A stretch of DNA of 64,000 bases from the human T2T-CHM13v2.0 reference genome, Homo sapiens: NCBI RefSeq assembly GCF_009914755.1, contig NC_060932.1; one strand, given 5' to 3'. Below, one piece after another: positions 39,847 to 55,595 of this stretch. Below the pieces are notes generated by a model. That model saw nothing but the letters and a program-made list of their open reading frames with translations, was not told where the DNA came from and did not search any database. Every line of letters begins with the position of its first letter. The first letter of the stretch is position 1. Position numbers and translations under genes: made by a program.

Positions 39847-41399
39847 GGGTCAGAAATTAAATAAAAACTTTTTAAAATGATCAGAAAAGTGAGTAGGAGG
39901 CAATCAAATGGAAATGTGAGGCCCACACTTTCTCAAAGGTTGGCAGGAAGGTTGGCAGGAAAGAGAGAGTGACATACGCTCCCAGCAGAGACTGCACTGA
40001 GCATTTGGAGCCAATGTGCAGAGAGAGAAGAGATACACCTAGGCTAGGTGGTGAGCACTGCAAAGCAAAGTCCTAGAGGCCGTGTTTTGCTGGGCACCCA
40101 GGTCCAGTGGAAAGGGCAGGCTGGGCAGGCAGCAGGAGGATGTCAGCTGGGCACGGCAGGCAGCTCCAAGGTGGGCGGGCTGGAAACAAAACTAATTCCT
40201 ACCTGGGAACCTTCCTTCTCTCTGAGAAATAGAGTTGTCTTCTAAAAGTGGCCATTGTCTGCTGTCTTAAGTACAGTAAACTGAATATGGTTCGTCTTCA
40301 AATTTGAAATTACTTCACTGAAAAATGTATCAAAACAATTTAATATTTCTCAGTGATATTGTTTCTAAAACAGGTTTTCTTAGGATTGCAGAATTTACAA
40401 AATTACCATTGATATTTGAAAAAGAAGAAAGCCTTGTATGTATGCATTTGCCAAGGCAGTTTGATTTTTTTATTTGGTAGGGTCAGAGCAGGTAGAACAT
40501 GTATGCATACTTCACAAAAAACAGGTGATTTATAAGCCATTGCATTAGACAGGACTGGTTTCCAAGCCAGTCAGTCAGCTTAGAATGTGAAACCCTGATT
40601 CAGAAGCGAATCACCTAAGGATGATTCAACACTGTGTTTCCTGTTGTGCTAGTAGGCCCACTACAGTAGCAGTTTACCCCCACCTCACCCAGTTCATTAG
40701 ACTCTAATCTAGTCCCATACTGGAACTACAGAGCCTGAAGACTATATAAGCAACTGTCTTCTCATTCTCCTTAGACTGTCCATGACTGATGCCACTCACC
40801 AGGCACAGGAGGGATGCTAATCCATTCCATGGAATGGAGCCTCAGGGTTTACAGGCTTTATTCCCTCCAAGAACCCTGCCTCTGAAAGCCTGTGTGACTC
40901 TTGCGTGGGCCAACATGCCCTTTGATGGCTCAGGGGAGGCTGTAGGACACTAACTTACCCATGGCACCACCAAAACTTGCATCCCCAGGCCTGTGTCTTG
41001 TTCCTTACTCTATACCCAGTTACAAATCCTTGGCCTCTCAGGTTTCAGTGATGAATAGGCATGGGAAAGTAGGAATACCAAATGGCCTCTCATTTGGTAG
41101 TCGGTTGGGGAATGCATGAGAGAAAATAAGACCACAGTGTGCCCAGGGATGCTGAGCTGATGGCACATTTTGAGCAGTAAACTTTCTTAGTGTAGATCCC
41201 TCCTTCCTCGCTCCCTCTTTTCCTTCATTGTTCTTGTCCTAATTTACAACTTCACTAAGTTCTTCCTTTCCCACTTGTATACTTTGTAGCAATATATGTT
41301 TTGGTTTGTGAACTACCTCACATTGTCCCCAAGGGCAGGAACTATGTCTTATGTCCCTTTTCCCCAGGAGGGCTGAATAAATGCCTGTTGATTAACTCA

Positions 41400-42170
41400 A
41401 CTTGGTGTAACAAACATATATTATCTATAATGCATAAGTCTCTGAGCTAAGGGCTCTGACATGTACATACGGAATAAGAAATAAGATTCCTGCCTTCAAG
41501 AAACTTCCAGGAGAGAGAAAAGAGCTCCTCAAGTTATTATAATACATAGTAAATGTGATGAGAACTAAAAGACAAAAAAAAAACAAACCACTTTTAATGC
41601 AAAGGAAAAAAAGGAAAAAGAATTGTTTACACTATGGGAATAAGAGAAGTCTTCATATAAGACATGGAGTTTCAGTTTGACTTTGAAAAATGATACTTAG
41701 ATGAGTGGGAGTGGCAAGGACTATCAGATTCCATGAGGGGAACAGGCGGGAGCCAAGACAGATAGGGGCGTGGTAGCAGCATCTTGATCTTCTTAGGCCC
41801 CACCATGTGTGTACCAAGAGGCATGCAGGAGCCATTGGGATACTCCCAAAGTTCTCTGGCCAGGTGAGTGACATGATTAACTCTATTCGATAAGAAGGAG
41901 CACTGTAGCAGCAACCTGCAGGAGGGGTTAGAAGAAAGGAAAGAACAGGGTTTAAGAGACAGGTTGGGAAGCACCTGCCTAATCCATGTAGGTGGCAGGA
42001 AGGGCCACAAGCAAGGCAAGACCGTGACAATGGGGATGAGGAGGAGAATATTAAAAAGGTGATGCGGAGGGAAAATAGACAGGTTACAGCAACTGGATGT
42101 GAAAGGAAATAGAGTACTTCCAGGTTTTGAGACTCAGTGACTGGGAGAACAGTGGGGCATTCTTCAAGAG
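41400..42170 (-). mobile_element. L2 fragment
   Basis: Degenerate L2 text (gattcctgccttcaag; caggttttgagactcagtgactggg). Confidence 0.55.
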
Positions 42171-42446
42171 GGATCTCTGCATAATGATGGTAAAGTAACA
42201 GATCTAGAGAAAGAGAGATACTGGCCAGTTACATTAGCTCTGTATTCATTGGCCTAAATAAATGCAGCAGTGATTTTATTCTGTGTACCCTACGAAATAT
42301 AGATGCACTCATATAACACTTTGCCAATGATAAACTAAAACTCTGGTTGATCCTCTTGAGAAGGTTTAGACTCTTTTCTTTCTTAAAGACCTACACTCAT
42401 ATAAGACATTATCTTTTAATACGACTGGCATGATATATATGTTCTT

Positions 42447-43594
42447 TTTTTATATATACTTTAAGTTTTAGGGTACATGTGCACAATGTGCAGGTTTGTT
42501 ACATATGTATACACGTGCCATGTTGGTGTGCTGCACCCAGTAACTCGTCATTTAACATTAGGTATATCTCCTAATGCTATCCCTCCCCCCTCCTCCCACC
42601 CCACAACAGGCCCCGGTGTGTCATGTTCCCCTTCCTGTGTCCACGTGTTCTCATTGTTCAATTCCTACCTATGAGTGAGAACATGCGGTGTTTGGTTTTC
42701 TGTCCCTGTGATAGTTTGCTGAGAATGATGGTTTCCAGCTTCATCCATGTCCCTACAAAGGACATAAACTCATCCTTTTTTATGGCTGCATAGTGTTCCA
42801 TGGTGTATATGTGCCACATTTTCTTAATCCAGTCTATTATTGTTGGACATATGGGTTGGTTCCAGGTCTTTGCTATTGTGAATGGTGCCACAATAAACAT
42901 ACATGTGCATGTGTCTTTATAGCAGCATGATTTATAATCCTTTGGGTATATACCCAGTAATGGGATGGCTGGGTCAAATGGTATCTCTAGTTCTAGATCC
43001 CTGAGGAATCGCCACACTGACTTCCACAATGGTTGAACTAGTCCACAGTCCCACCAACAGTAAAACTGTTCCTGTTTCTCCACATCCTCTCCAGCACCTG
43101 TTGTTTCCTGACTTTTTAATGATCACCATTCTAACTAGTGTGAGATGGTATCTCATTGTGGTTTTGATTTGTATTTCTCTGATGGCCAGTGATGATGAGC
43201 ATTTTTTCATGTGTCTTTTGGCTGCATAAATGTCTTCTTTTGAGAAGTGTCTGTTCATATCCTTCGCCCACTTTTTGATGGGGTTGTTTGTTTTTTTCTT
43301 GTAAATTTGTTGGAGTTCATTGTAGATTCTGGATATTAGCCCTTTGTCAGATGAGTAGATTGCAAAAATTTTCTCCCATTCTGTAGGTTGCCTGTTCACT
43401 GTGATGGTAGTTTCTTTTGCTGTGCAGAAGCTCTTTAGTTTAATTAGATCGCATTTGTCAATTTTGGCTTTTGTTGCCATTGCTTTTGGTGTTTTAGACA
43501 TGAAGTCCTTGCCCATGCCTATGTCCTGAATGGTATTGCCTAGGTTTTCTTCTCGGGTTTTTATGGTTTTGGGTCTAACATTTAAGTCTTTAAA
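42447..43594 (-). mobile_element. 5'-truncated L1PA3/4-like 3' end
   Basis: ORF2 C-terminal translation and L1PA 3'UTR. Perfect TSD gatatatatgttctt at 42432-42446 and 43595-43609. Confidence 0.96.
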
Positions 43595-43622
43595 GATATA
43601 TATGTTCTTAAAAAGGCATAAT

Positions 43623-44953
43623 GCCTTACATTTTTGGTCCATTGATTTTTGACATGGGTGTCAGGCAATTCAATGGAGAAAGAAGAGTCATTCCAATCAA
43701 TGGTTTTGGAATGACTAGGTATCCACATATAAAAGAATTAAGGTGGACACCTGCCTCATACCATACACAAAAATTACTGCAAAATGAATCACAGATCTAA
43801 TGTAAGAACTAAATTTCTCAGAAGATAATGTAGGACTGTATCTTCCTAACCGTACATATTAGGCAATGGTTTCTTAGATGTGACACCAAAATCATAAACA
43901 ACAAAAGAAAAAATACATAAATGAGACTTCATCGAAATTAAAAACTTTAACGTCTCAAAAAACAAATTTGCAAATCACTAGTCTGATAGGGGACTTGTAT
44001 CCAGAATATGTAAAGAACACTTACTACTCAACAATAAAAAGATACCCAAATAAAAGATGGTTAAAAAATTCAAATAGACATTTATTCAAAGATAATGCAA
44101 ATGGACAGTAAGCACATGATGATCAACATCATTAGATACTAGGGAAATGCAAATAAAAACCACAGTGAGATACCACTTCACAGTCACTAGGATGGCAATA
44201 ATAAAAAGAAGGACAATACCAAGTATGGATAAATTCAGGATGTGGAGAAGTTGGAATCTTGGCACACTACTAGTGAGAATGCAAAATGTTGCAGCCATTT
44301 TGAGAAACAGTCTGGCAGTTCCCCAAAAAGTTAAACATGGAATTACCATATAACCCAGAATTTTCACTCCTAGGTATATACTCTTGAGAATTGAAAACGT
44401 ATATCCATGTAACTTCTACAGAGTCACTCCATGGCAACATTACTCACAATGCAAAAATGTCAAAACAACTGCAATATCTGTCAGCTGATAGAAGATAAAT
44501 AAATGTGATATATCCATGTAATGGAATATCATTCAGCAACAAAAAGGAATGAAACACTGATCCATGCTATAACATGAGTGAACCTAGAAAACATCATGCT
44601 AAGTGAAAAGAAGTTAGACATAGAAGGCCACATATCATATGAGTCCATTTATGTGAAATAACTAGAACAGGCAAATCCATAGAGGCAGAAATCCAATCAA
44701 TTGTTGCCAGGGACTCAGGGGAGGGGAGAATAGGAGTAATTGATGGATGGAGGTTTCCTTTTGGGATGATAAAAATATCCTGGAATTAGATAGTGCTGAT
44801 GGTTGCAGAACATTGTGAATGTACTTAATGCCACTGTGGTACACTTTAAAAGGATTAAAATGGTAAATTTTATGTTATGTGTATTTTGCTACAATATAAA
44901 CAGGTCCATTCTATGGCATGTGAATTATACCTCAGTAAAGCTGTTATAAAAAT
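43623..44953 (+). mobile_element. L1MB-like ORF2 end and 3'UTR
   Basis: MQIKTTVRYHFT translation. TSD aaaaggcataat at about 43611 and 44954. Confidence 0.85.
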
Positions 44954-44999
44954 AAAAGGCATAATAGCTTGTTTTACTTACCAGGGAATTGTGCTGAGG

Positions 45000-45827
<828 letters not shown>

Positions 45828-45833
45828 CTATCA

Positions 45834-46253
<420 letters not shown>

Positions 46254-46257
46254 TTAC

Positions 46258-46303
<46 letters not shown>
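46258..46303 (+). repeat. (TGT)n microsatellite, about 15 units
   Basis: Perfect trinucleotide run. Confidence 0.97.
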
Positions 46304-46368
46304 AATCTCAGCAGCACAATGTTTTTCTACAATAAAGATGGTGTGTGAGTATGGAAAAGGCCTTTCTC

Positions 46369-46680
<312 letters not shown>

Positions 46681-46691
46681 AGACTCTTCTC

Positions 46692-46985
46692 AGCGCCGCA
46701 CAGTGGCTTACACTTACAGTCCCAGCACATTGGGAGGCTGAGGCTGGTGGATCACTTGAGTCCAGGAGTTTGAGACCAGCCTGGGCAACATGGCCTAGCC
46801 CCGTCTCTACCAAAAATACAAAAATTAGCTGGGCGAGGTGGTGAGTGCGCCTGTGGTCCCAGCTACTCTGGAGGCTGAGGTGGGAGGACCAGTTGAGCCC
46901 AGGAGTTGAGGCTGCAGGGAGCCGAGATGACAGCACGGTACTCCAGCCTGGGAGACGGAGGGTGGCCTTGTCTCAGAAGGGGAAA
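46692..46985 (+). mobile_element. AluJ
   Basis: Diverged full dimer. Confidence 0.9.
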
Positions 46986-47264
46986 AAGGCTGAGGTTTTT
47001 TTCCCTCTTCTTTTGGTTGTCACTTTTAGCAAAGTAAGATTGTTATTCCTTTCGGTTCATTGATATTTAAAAGTTTACATGTCACATTTTTATTTCAGCA
47101 AAGAGAAAATATGATTTTTAAATGAATAAAAAACATTTCTGTGCAGTAGAAGTCGTGCTAACATCTCATGTTAAAAAGATAAACAACAGGATTAACTGTT
47201 TACTTTGGGAGCGCAGAGGCTGGTTGTTTTTTGAGAAGAAGAACACAATGTCCTGCTGTCTCTG

Positions 47265-47410
47265 GTTTCCCGGTCGGCCCTCCTCCCAGGCGGCTACAGG
47301 AGTGGGCGAGGCCCCCGCCCCCAATGCGTCCCCGCCCCCACCCCGCCCCGCCCTCGCTCTGGCCCTTCTCGCCCCCGCCTTTTCTCAGCGGCTCCCTTGC
47401 GCTCAGGTTC
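47265..47410. promoter_or_regulatory. Small CpG-rich promoter/enhancer-like element with SP/KLF GC boxes and CCAAT
   Basis: Five CCCGCC cores in 47312-47379, CCAAT at 47321 and locally retained CpGs in non-repeat DNA. Confidence 0.6.
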
Positions 47411-47647
47411 CAGCCCTCTTCTGTCCCCATGCTCCCTTTTTTTCTCTCTCTCTTCTTATCACTTCATCCTCTGATTTCTTGGTTTTTTTCCTTGGGTTGA
47501 AGCTTCGTAAGAGATTATAAAGTGGAGGGCAGGTCTTTGTTGATCTTTAGAGGCTGCTTAAGTTGACAGTGACCTAGAATGAAACAGCCGGGCCTGACTC
47601 CGATTCCGGGAATTCTTGGTGGACTGCTAAGAACTGCTCCCATAACT

Positions 47648-47789
47648 CACGTAAACATCCCACATAGCCACTTAATCTGCCCTCTCAGCACATGCGTGCG
47701 CAGGCACACACGTTTGCTGTGCTCTCGCTGTCCTTCATTCGTGTAGCTATGAAACTGAGCCAGTGAATGAAAGAAAGGGAAAACACGTA
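47648..47789. promoter_or_regulatory. Cluster of RCGTG (HRE-like) motifs with an NRF1-like and a FOX motif
   Basis: cacgta 47648, gcgtg 47694, cacgt 47709, cacgta 47784; gtaaaca 47651; tgcgcaggc 47697. Confidence 0.4.
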
Positions 47790-50438
47790 GCTTTGGAAAG
47801 GAGGAAGGGACAGTTAAAACTTTTTTAAAAGAGAAATTAAATTGTACTCCCACAACTTCCCCTACAAAATTAAGAGTTTTATTTTTTTATTCCTTGTGAT
47901 TTGTTCTGTTGCCTTTACAGATAAACAAGACGTATTTTTACAGTTTTTGAAATACTCTTTAATTGGCATAATGGACATTAAGTTGGTAAGAAAAGGAAAA
48001 AAAAATTCTTAAAGACAAATATTCACTTCATAATGGACTTTTATACTTCCAACGTGAACAGGGAACCTCTTATCTGTATTATTTTATGTTGCTGGGAATG
48101 CACTGTGGAATGTGGTTTCATCTGGCACCAGTTTTAATCGGCTCTTCCAACATGGTCCAGGCCTCACCCTCATGGCTCAGAAATGCACAGAATCAAAGTC
48201 CTGCGGAATGGCAGCTGATGGCTGAAACAGGTGATTCTGCTGCTACCCTGTTCCCCTGGAACCACTTTCTGACTGCTGCCTTGTTTTCCCAGTTGAGAGG
48301 GGTGAAGTGTGGGTGGCTAGGGGCAGGGACCCGCTGTAGACATGGTATTCTAATGGTTATGTATTGCTTTACCCACAGTGGAGCTTTACCTTACAAAGCA
48401 AAACAGCTGTAGCTGAATGATGAGGTCACCGTCATAAGGCCGCATCTATGTGAAATGGTATACCCTGTGCCACTCTCAAGCACCTTCCTGTGAGCCCCTT
48501 CCCATGAGATTAGGCCTTTTATAAAAATGCAGACACCTGGCTTCAGGACTTAGGAGAGCTGGCCCTTAATGAGAGGGAACCCTATTTTCTTGTCAGTTAA
48601 CTGCATGTGTAACAATGCGCATTTGTCTGGTAGGTGAAGGAAACCAAGATTTTGAGCACAGAAGAGATGCAGGCACTTAACTGGGTGTGAAACAAATTCA
48701 CATAATCTGGATTGTGCAGGTACCCAAACTCCTAGTGTCCGTGTCCATTCGTGTCATGTGGTGCCTGCTCCCCTGCACCACCGTCTTATAGTCATGAAAG
48801 TGGGGGTTATTGGGGTGTGTCTGTGGCAGAAGCATTGATCTTAAACATTAAATAAGTGGAATTCACTTGACGGACTGTTATTCCAAGAAGTTTTGAATGG
48901 CTCTCTGGCTGATGGAATCAGTGCAGTTGTGAGACTCTCATTCTAAACACACATGTCCTACTTCTCTGTGAGATATTTTATCATGGCTGTTCTAAGCACT
49001 TATCTAAGTTAATCACTCCTATAGATAGCAGCATCCCCTCACACCAGGTATAAGGGACCCACCAACCATGCTCAGTGCTGCATAGGGCAGAGAAGTCGCC
49101 TGCAGCCCAAGCCTTAGCTCAAGATCGCTAGCAGCGGAGAGTGTGGTGTACTGGATGCATACCTTTGCCTTGGCAGTGGGTATTCTATGGCAGGACAGCA
49201 AAGGAATGTACTCAACTGCTTCCCAAAGTGGAAGCTCCGTTTTATGAACATTAATCAGATAACTTTAAGATGTCAGATCTCTTGAGCCCGCTGTGGCCTG
49301 GCTAGCCACTGGTTCCCAATATTTCAGAGCTTACTAAGGATCGTGCTGGTGTCTGCTGGTTGTCTTGCAGAGCACAACCACACACAGTGAGCGTCTGCTC
49401 CTCAACTTGGGTGCTGGTGCCTGAGCTGCAGCTGCAGTTGCAGCCTTCTCTATAGATACACAAAGATTTAACGTTCCTTAAACAAAAATAACTGAAAGGA
49501 CTTCTAGAGAATATCCACTTGTCTTATAAAAGGACTCTCAGCCCAGAGAGCTTCTGTGCCTTGTCGATAGTGGCAGAGCTGGGATCCCAATGCTTCTGCC
49601 CTGCTGGTTTGAGTCACATTCTCCATAGAGCAGTTTGCCCTTCCCAGTTCTGTGTTAGTCAGCCCCGTTCTCACTTGCATCCTGCCTCGAGTCACTTGAG
49701 CAGCCTCTGGGTTCTTCCACAGCTCCTTGTTCTCTGAAATGAGGCCCATCCTATGCCTGATGCCGAGGCTGCTCTTCACTCTCCACACCTACTCACCTCC
49801 TCCGAACCTCAGGCCAGTGCAGGCGCTCTGTCCCGCATCCCTTACTCACAACTGTGCTCTCCAGCCTCTGCCTTGAAATGTTTCTCGAATGCCTTCTCAC
49901 ATGCTGACAGAAGCCAAAGAGGCAAAGAGGGTGGCAGCATCTGAGGACTGGGACCAGGCGTGGAGGGGAGGGCACCAGGATGGACTCACAAGCCCATGCC
50001 TCATCCTGAGGCAGCCACTGTGGGTGTTGACCTAGTGCTACCGGGGTTGCAAGTTTCTCAAGATAACTAGAAAGTTGAATTTTATGTAAAGTCTTCCAGT
50101 TCTTAATTTTAGTTACTAGTTTCTGAAAACTTTTAACACTATATAAACAAAAGAAAACATACTAGCCAATGAGCACTACTTTGCACCTTCACTCCTTCCT
50201 CTCAGGCATTTGTCATTGATTAGGGCAGTGGACTCCCACTGGGTCTAAGGAGACTGTCTAAAAGTTCTCTCTTCAAGCAAACTCCCCACAAAACCCTTTC
50301 CCTCACCAGTGCCATTATTCCCTTCCTTCCAAGAGAAAATAATTTTTATCAAATTTTTAATTTTTCATAAATATGTTTAATTTTAAATTAAGAATAATGC
50401 AATAAATAGTCTTTCCTCTTATCCCTGCTTTCTCCTAT

Positions 50439-50757
50439 TGCTATGGTCTGAATGTTTGCATCTCCCCCAAAATTCATATGTTGAAATCTTTACCCGCAAG
50501 GTATTAGGGGGTGGGGCCTTTGGGATTAACATCCTTATAAAAGAGGCCCAAGAGAGTCATTGACCCTTCCGCTATAGGAGGTTGCTTTGAAAAGACAGCT
50601 GTCTGTGAGGCAGCAGGCCCTCAACCAGATGCCAAACCTGCTGGTGCCTTGATCTGGGACTTCCCAGCCTCCAGAACTGTGAGCAATACATTTCTATTGT
50701 TTATGACCCACCCAGTCTGTGGTATTTTTGTTAGAGCAGCTCAAATGGACTAAGACA
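50439..50757 (+). mobile_element. MLT1A-type (ERVL-MaLR) solo LTR
   Basis: TG...CA ends (tgctatggtctgaatg...ggactaagaca), ggacttcccagcctccagaactgtgag, and 5-bp TSD cctat/cctgt. Confidence 0.9.
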
Positions 50758-50779
50758 CCTGTCTTGTCTTTCTTATTAT

Positions 50780-51180
50780 CTTCTAGCCTCCTTCCAGTTT
50801 CTCAGCCACGGAAAACCTCTTTCCCGTCCTAGGGTTTCATACATGCTATGCTCTCTATTTTCAGTGTTCTCTCAGCCTTTGCATAACTGGTTGCTTCTCT
50901 CTCTTTAGGCTCGGCCTAAAGGTCACCTTCCTTTAAGAAGCCTTCCCTGACAAGCCTGACTAGACCATCCCACCACCCCAGTGCTATCTCTCACAGCACT
51001 CTTTATTTCCTTCCTATCACTCACACAGTCTGTAGTTGCACACTTGTGTGTGATTGGTCTCTCTTGCCAAGAAACACAGAGGGCAGGGACTGTTTGCCCA
51101 CTACCCTGTACCTAGCACCTCACAGAGGGCCTATCCAGGAGGCAGTCCTGCTGTATTTAGCACATGAATGGATGGATCAT
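50780..51180 (+). mobile_element. L2 3' end
   Basis: gaagccttccctgac; gagggcagggactgt; cctagcac; tgaatggatgga. Confidence 0.75.
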
Positions 51181-51554
51181 TGATTTACTAGAAACCCTAA
51201 GAAGGCCAAGGCACTATTTTGGAGCACAATGACAAACCCCCAAGTGCTTTTGTTATTAAGGATCTTGTGACACTTACTTCATGGCTCTGCAGCCCTTCAT
51301 GCCTCACTGCATGTGTTGCACTTCCATTATCTGGCTTGGCAATTTTGTACTTGGCTCATTTCTTGTGTTCAAGCAAATCAAGATGTCTCAAGAAATAACA
51401 GCTCACACTTGTGTACAAATTCAGAATGGATAGTTTCCAAATACTCTCAAGACTTATAAATAAGGGCTAAAGAGCCATTTTGTTTTCTCACACGACACAT
51501 GCTAATCATCTAGAGAATCTTTATTTCCAATGGAAATAAATCAAAGAAACAGAA

Positions 51555-53030
<1,476 letters not shown>

Positions 53031-53847
53031 AATTACTTACACCATACTTTCCTTCTGGCCTTTAATCCCTGAGGTTAGGTCAGTAGGATTGAACACTAAT
53101 TGTTTTATCTTAGCTCACCTTTTCATTTTTATAGAAACCAAAGACCACTGTCGTTCATCTTCATTTTGAAGTATTCTAGCTTTTTACTTGTTTGGACTAG
53201 ACCTAATTATTAGCTGCAGAACCCTAATTCTTACATAAAATTTCCTTCAGTCACAGAACCATGAGAAATTAGTTTGTACTATATAAATATCTTATAGCCA
53301 CTACAAATTAAATAATGTCATACATATCTGTGGAAATGTTAAGACTAGTTGTCTTAAAATAGGCGATACATTCTTCTGCATATCACCTGCTAAATACTGC
53401 TGATACACAAGGTGAGGACCTAAAATCATGTCTTTCTGCATCAGGTGACCACTCAGGGATTCCCTGGCATTCTTGGGTGTAAAATATCATATTATCAAGG
53501 AGATTGAACACAGTAGTAATTATGTATGGTTTTGATATGTTAAAATACATTTCAGAGAAAATATTGCTAACATTTTGTTGATAGTGCTAATTTTTGAGAA
53601 ACACCTATTAATACTCTGTGAATATTAGTGTTGGATAAAACATAAATTTTTTGCATTTTTTTATAGAACATAATTTGGAAAAGCTTTAAATTGAAGGCTA
53701 TTTGAAATAACCTCTTATTTATTTATGCCGTGGTTTCCCTAGTCACTTTAAAAATTCATCACTTTTTAATTACTGTGTTTGAAAGGTTGATTAACCAATT
53801 TTTAAGTATTCATAGTTTTTGGTTCTTCCAGTTCTGTAGGCCTTTAA

Positions 53848-54063
53848 ACTGTGCTGTCCAATAGGGTGGCTACTAGCCACATGTGATTATTTATATTTAA
53901 ACTAATTAAAATTAAATAAAATTAAAAATGTAGTTCCTCAGTCACATCAGCCACATCTCAAGTGCTCAGTAGCCACATATGGCTAGTGGCTACCACATTA
54001 GACAACATAGACATAGAACATTTATTCCATCCTTGCAGAGAGTTCTCTTAGAACACAGTGCTT
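53848..54063. mobile_element. MER3/MER33-like hAT-Charlie MITE
   Basis: gtgctgtccaatag...actagccacatgtg...tagccacatatggctagtggctacc...acagtg. Confidence 0.85.
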
Positions 54064-54254
54064 TAGACTGATGATCTATTCCTTATTGCTGACTACAGTG
54101 GTATATAAATCAATTTCACCTGCACTTGAATTCTGATGGAGGTTTAGCTCTGGAAATTAGGCTGGTATTTCCCCACTTTTATAAATTTAAAGAGATATTT
54201 ATATCAAATATGCTTATATATCATTTCATTTTATTGTTAGTTTGCTTATTTAAT

Positions 54255-54390
54255 GTTGTATGGTTTTTGGGCAAGATAGTAAACCTTTCTGATCTACAGT
54301 CTTCTATGTGCTAAATAGGGATAATAATAGCCTAGCTCCTAAGGGCCTTTTGAGGAGAAGAATGCAAATAGAACAGGATCTGGCACTAAC
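54255..54390 (+). mobile_element. MIR
   Basis: ttgggcaagatagtaaacctttctgatctacagt...aatagggataataatag. Confidence 0.65.
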
Positions 54391-54702
54391 TGACTGCTGT
54401 CAAGATGATGAACCTCTAACCCACATACACTATGAAAAAAATTAATGTTTGTATTTTAAGCTTCAAATTTGTGGGAGTAATGTGTATAGCAACATACAAT
54501 GAATGCAATAAGAGTTAATAACAAAAACATATATTTAAAAATCCCTATAAAATTTGAAAAATACTTCCTGTTGGATCAAAAAAGAAATAATGACAATTTT
54601 AAAATATCTACAACTGATAATAAAAATACTAAATATTAAAATTTATGTGATGTCATTAACTTGATATTTAGAATAAATTTTAGTCAAATTAGCTCAACTT
54701 TA

Positions 54703-55246
<544 letters not shown>

Positions 55247-55487
55247 GAGAAAGGCTGCAAACTAATGATCTAAGCCTCCAACATAAGAAATAGGAAAGGC
55301 ATAATAGAATAAGTCCAAAGAAAATGGAAAAAAAGATTATAAATGTGAGTAGAAATTAATGACATAAACAGTGACTAAACAAAAGCAAGAAATAATAATC
55401 CTGTGGTAAAACTGATAAAGAGAAGATAAATAATAGTAAAAAGGAAAATTAGGGATATCAGTCCCATCAGGAATTGGAAACATATAT

Positions 55488-55595
55488 GTGCTCACTTTGG
55501 CAGCACGTATACTGTAATTGGAAAGCTACAGAGAAGATTAGCGTGGCCCCTGGGCAAGGATGACATGCAAATTCATGAAGCATTACATATTTTTT
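55488..55595 (+). pseudogene. U6 snRNA retropseudogene (full length)
   Basis: Colinear with U6 (gtgctc...acagagaagattagc...catatttt), with about 13 substitutions by manual alignment, many at CpG. The upstream flank is L1M with no PSE/TATA apparent. Confidence 0.95.

Noticed and set aside
39936-39959. 12-bp tandem duplication aaggttggcagg (similar: agctgtgccccac x2 at about 32038)
   Set aside because: Ordinary slippage micro-duplications.
42974-43642. 222-aa ORF starting at a flank ATG and running into the L1 ORF2 C-terminal region
   Set aside because: A chance in-frame ATG lying in the neighbouring L1MB. It frameshifts in the Cys-rich motif and has no promoter evidence.
47122-47520. 132-aa Pro-rich ORF across the GC-box element
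   Set aside because: Explained by stop-poor GC-rich DNA, with no recognisable domain.
55488-55595. Functional U6 gene
   Set aside because: About 12% diverged, embedded in L1M, has A-tail and TSD, and lacks an upstream PSE/TATA.
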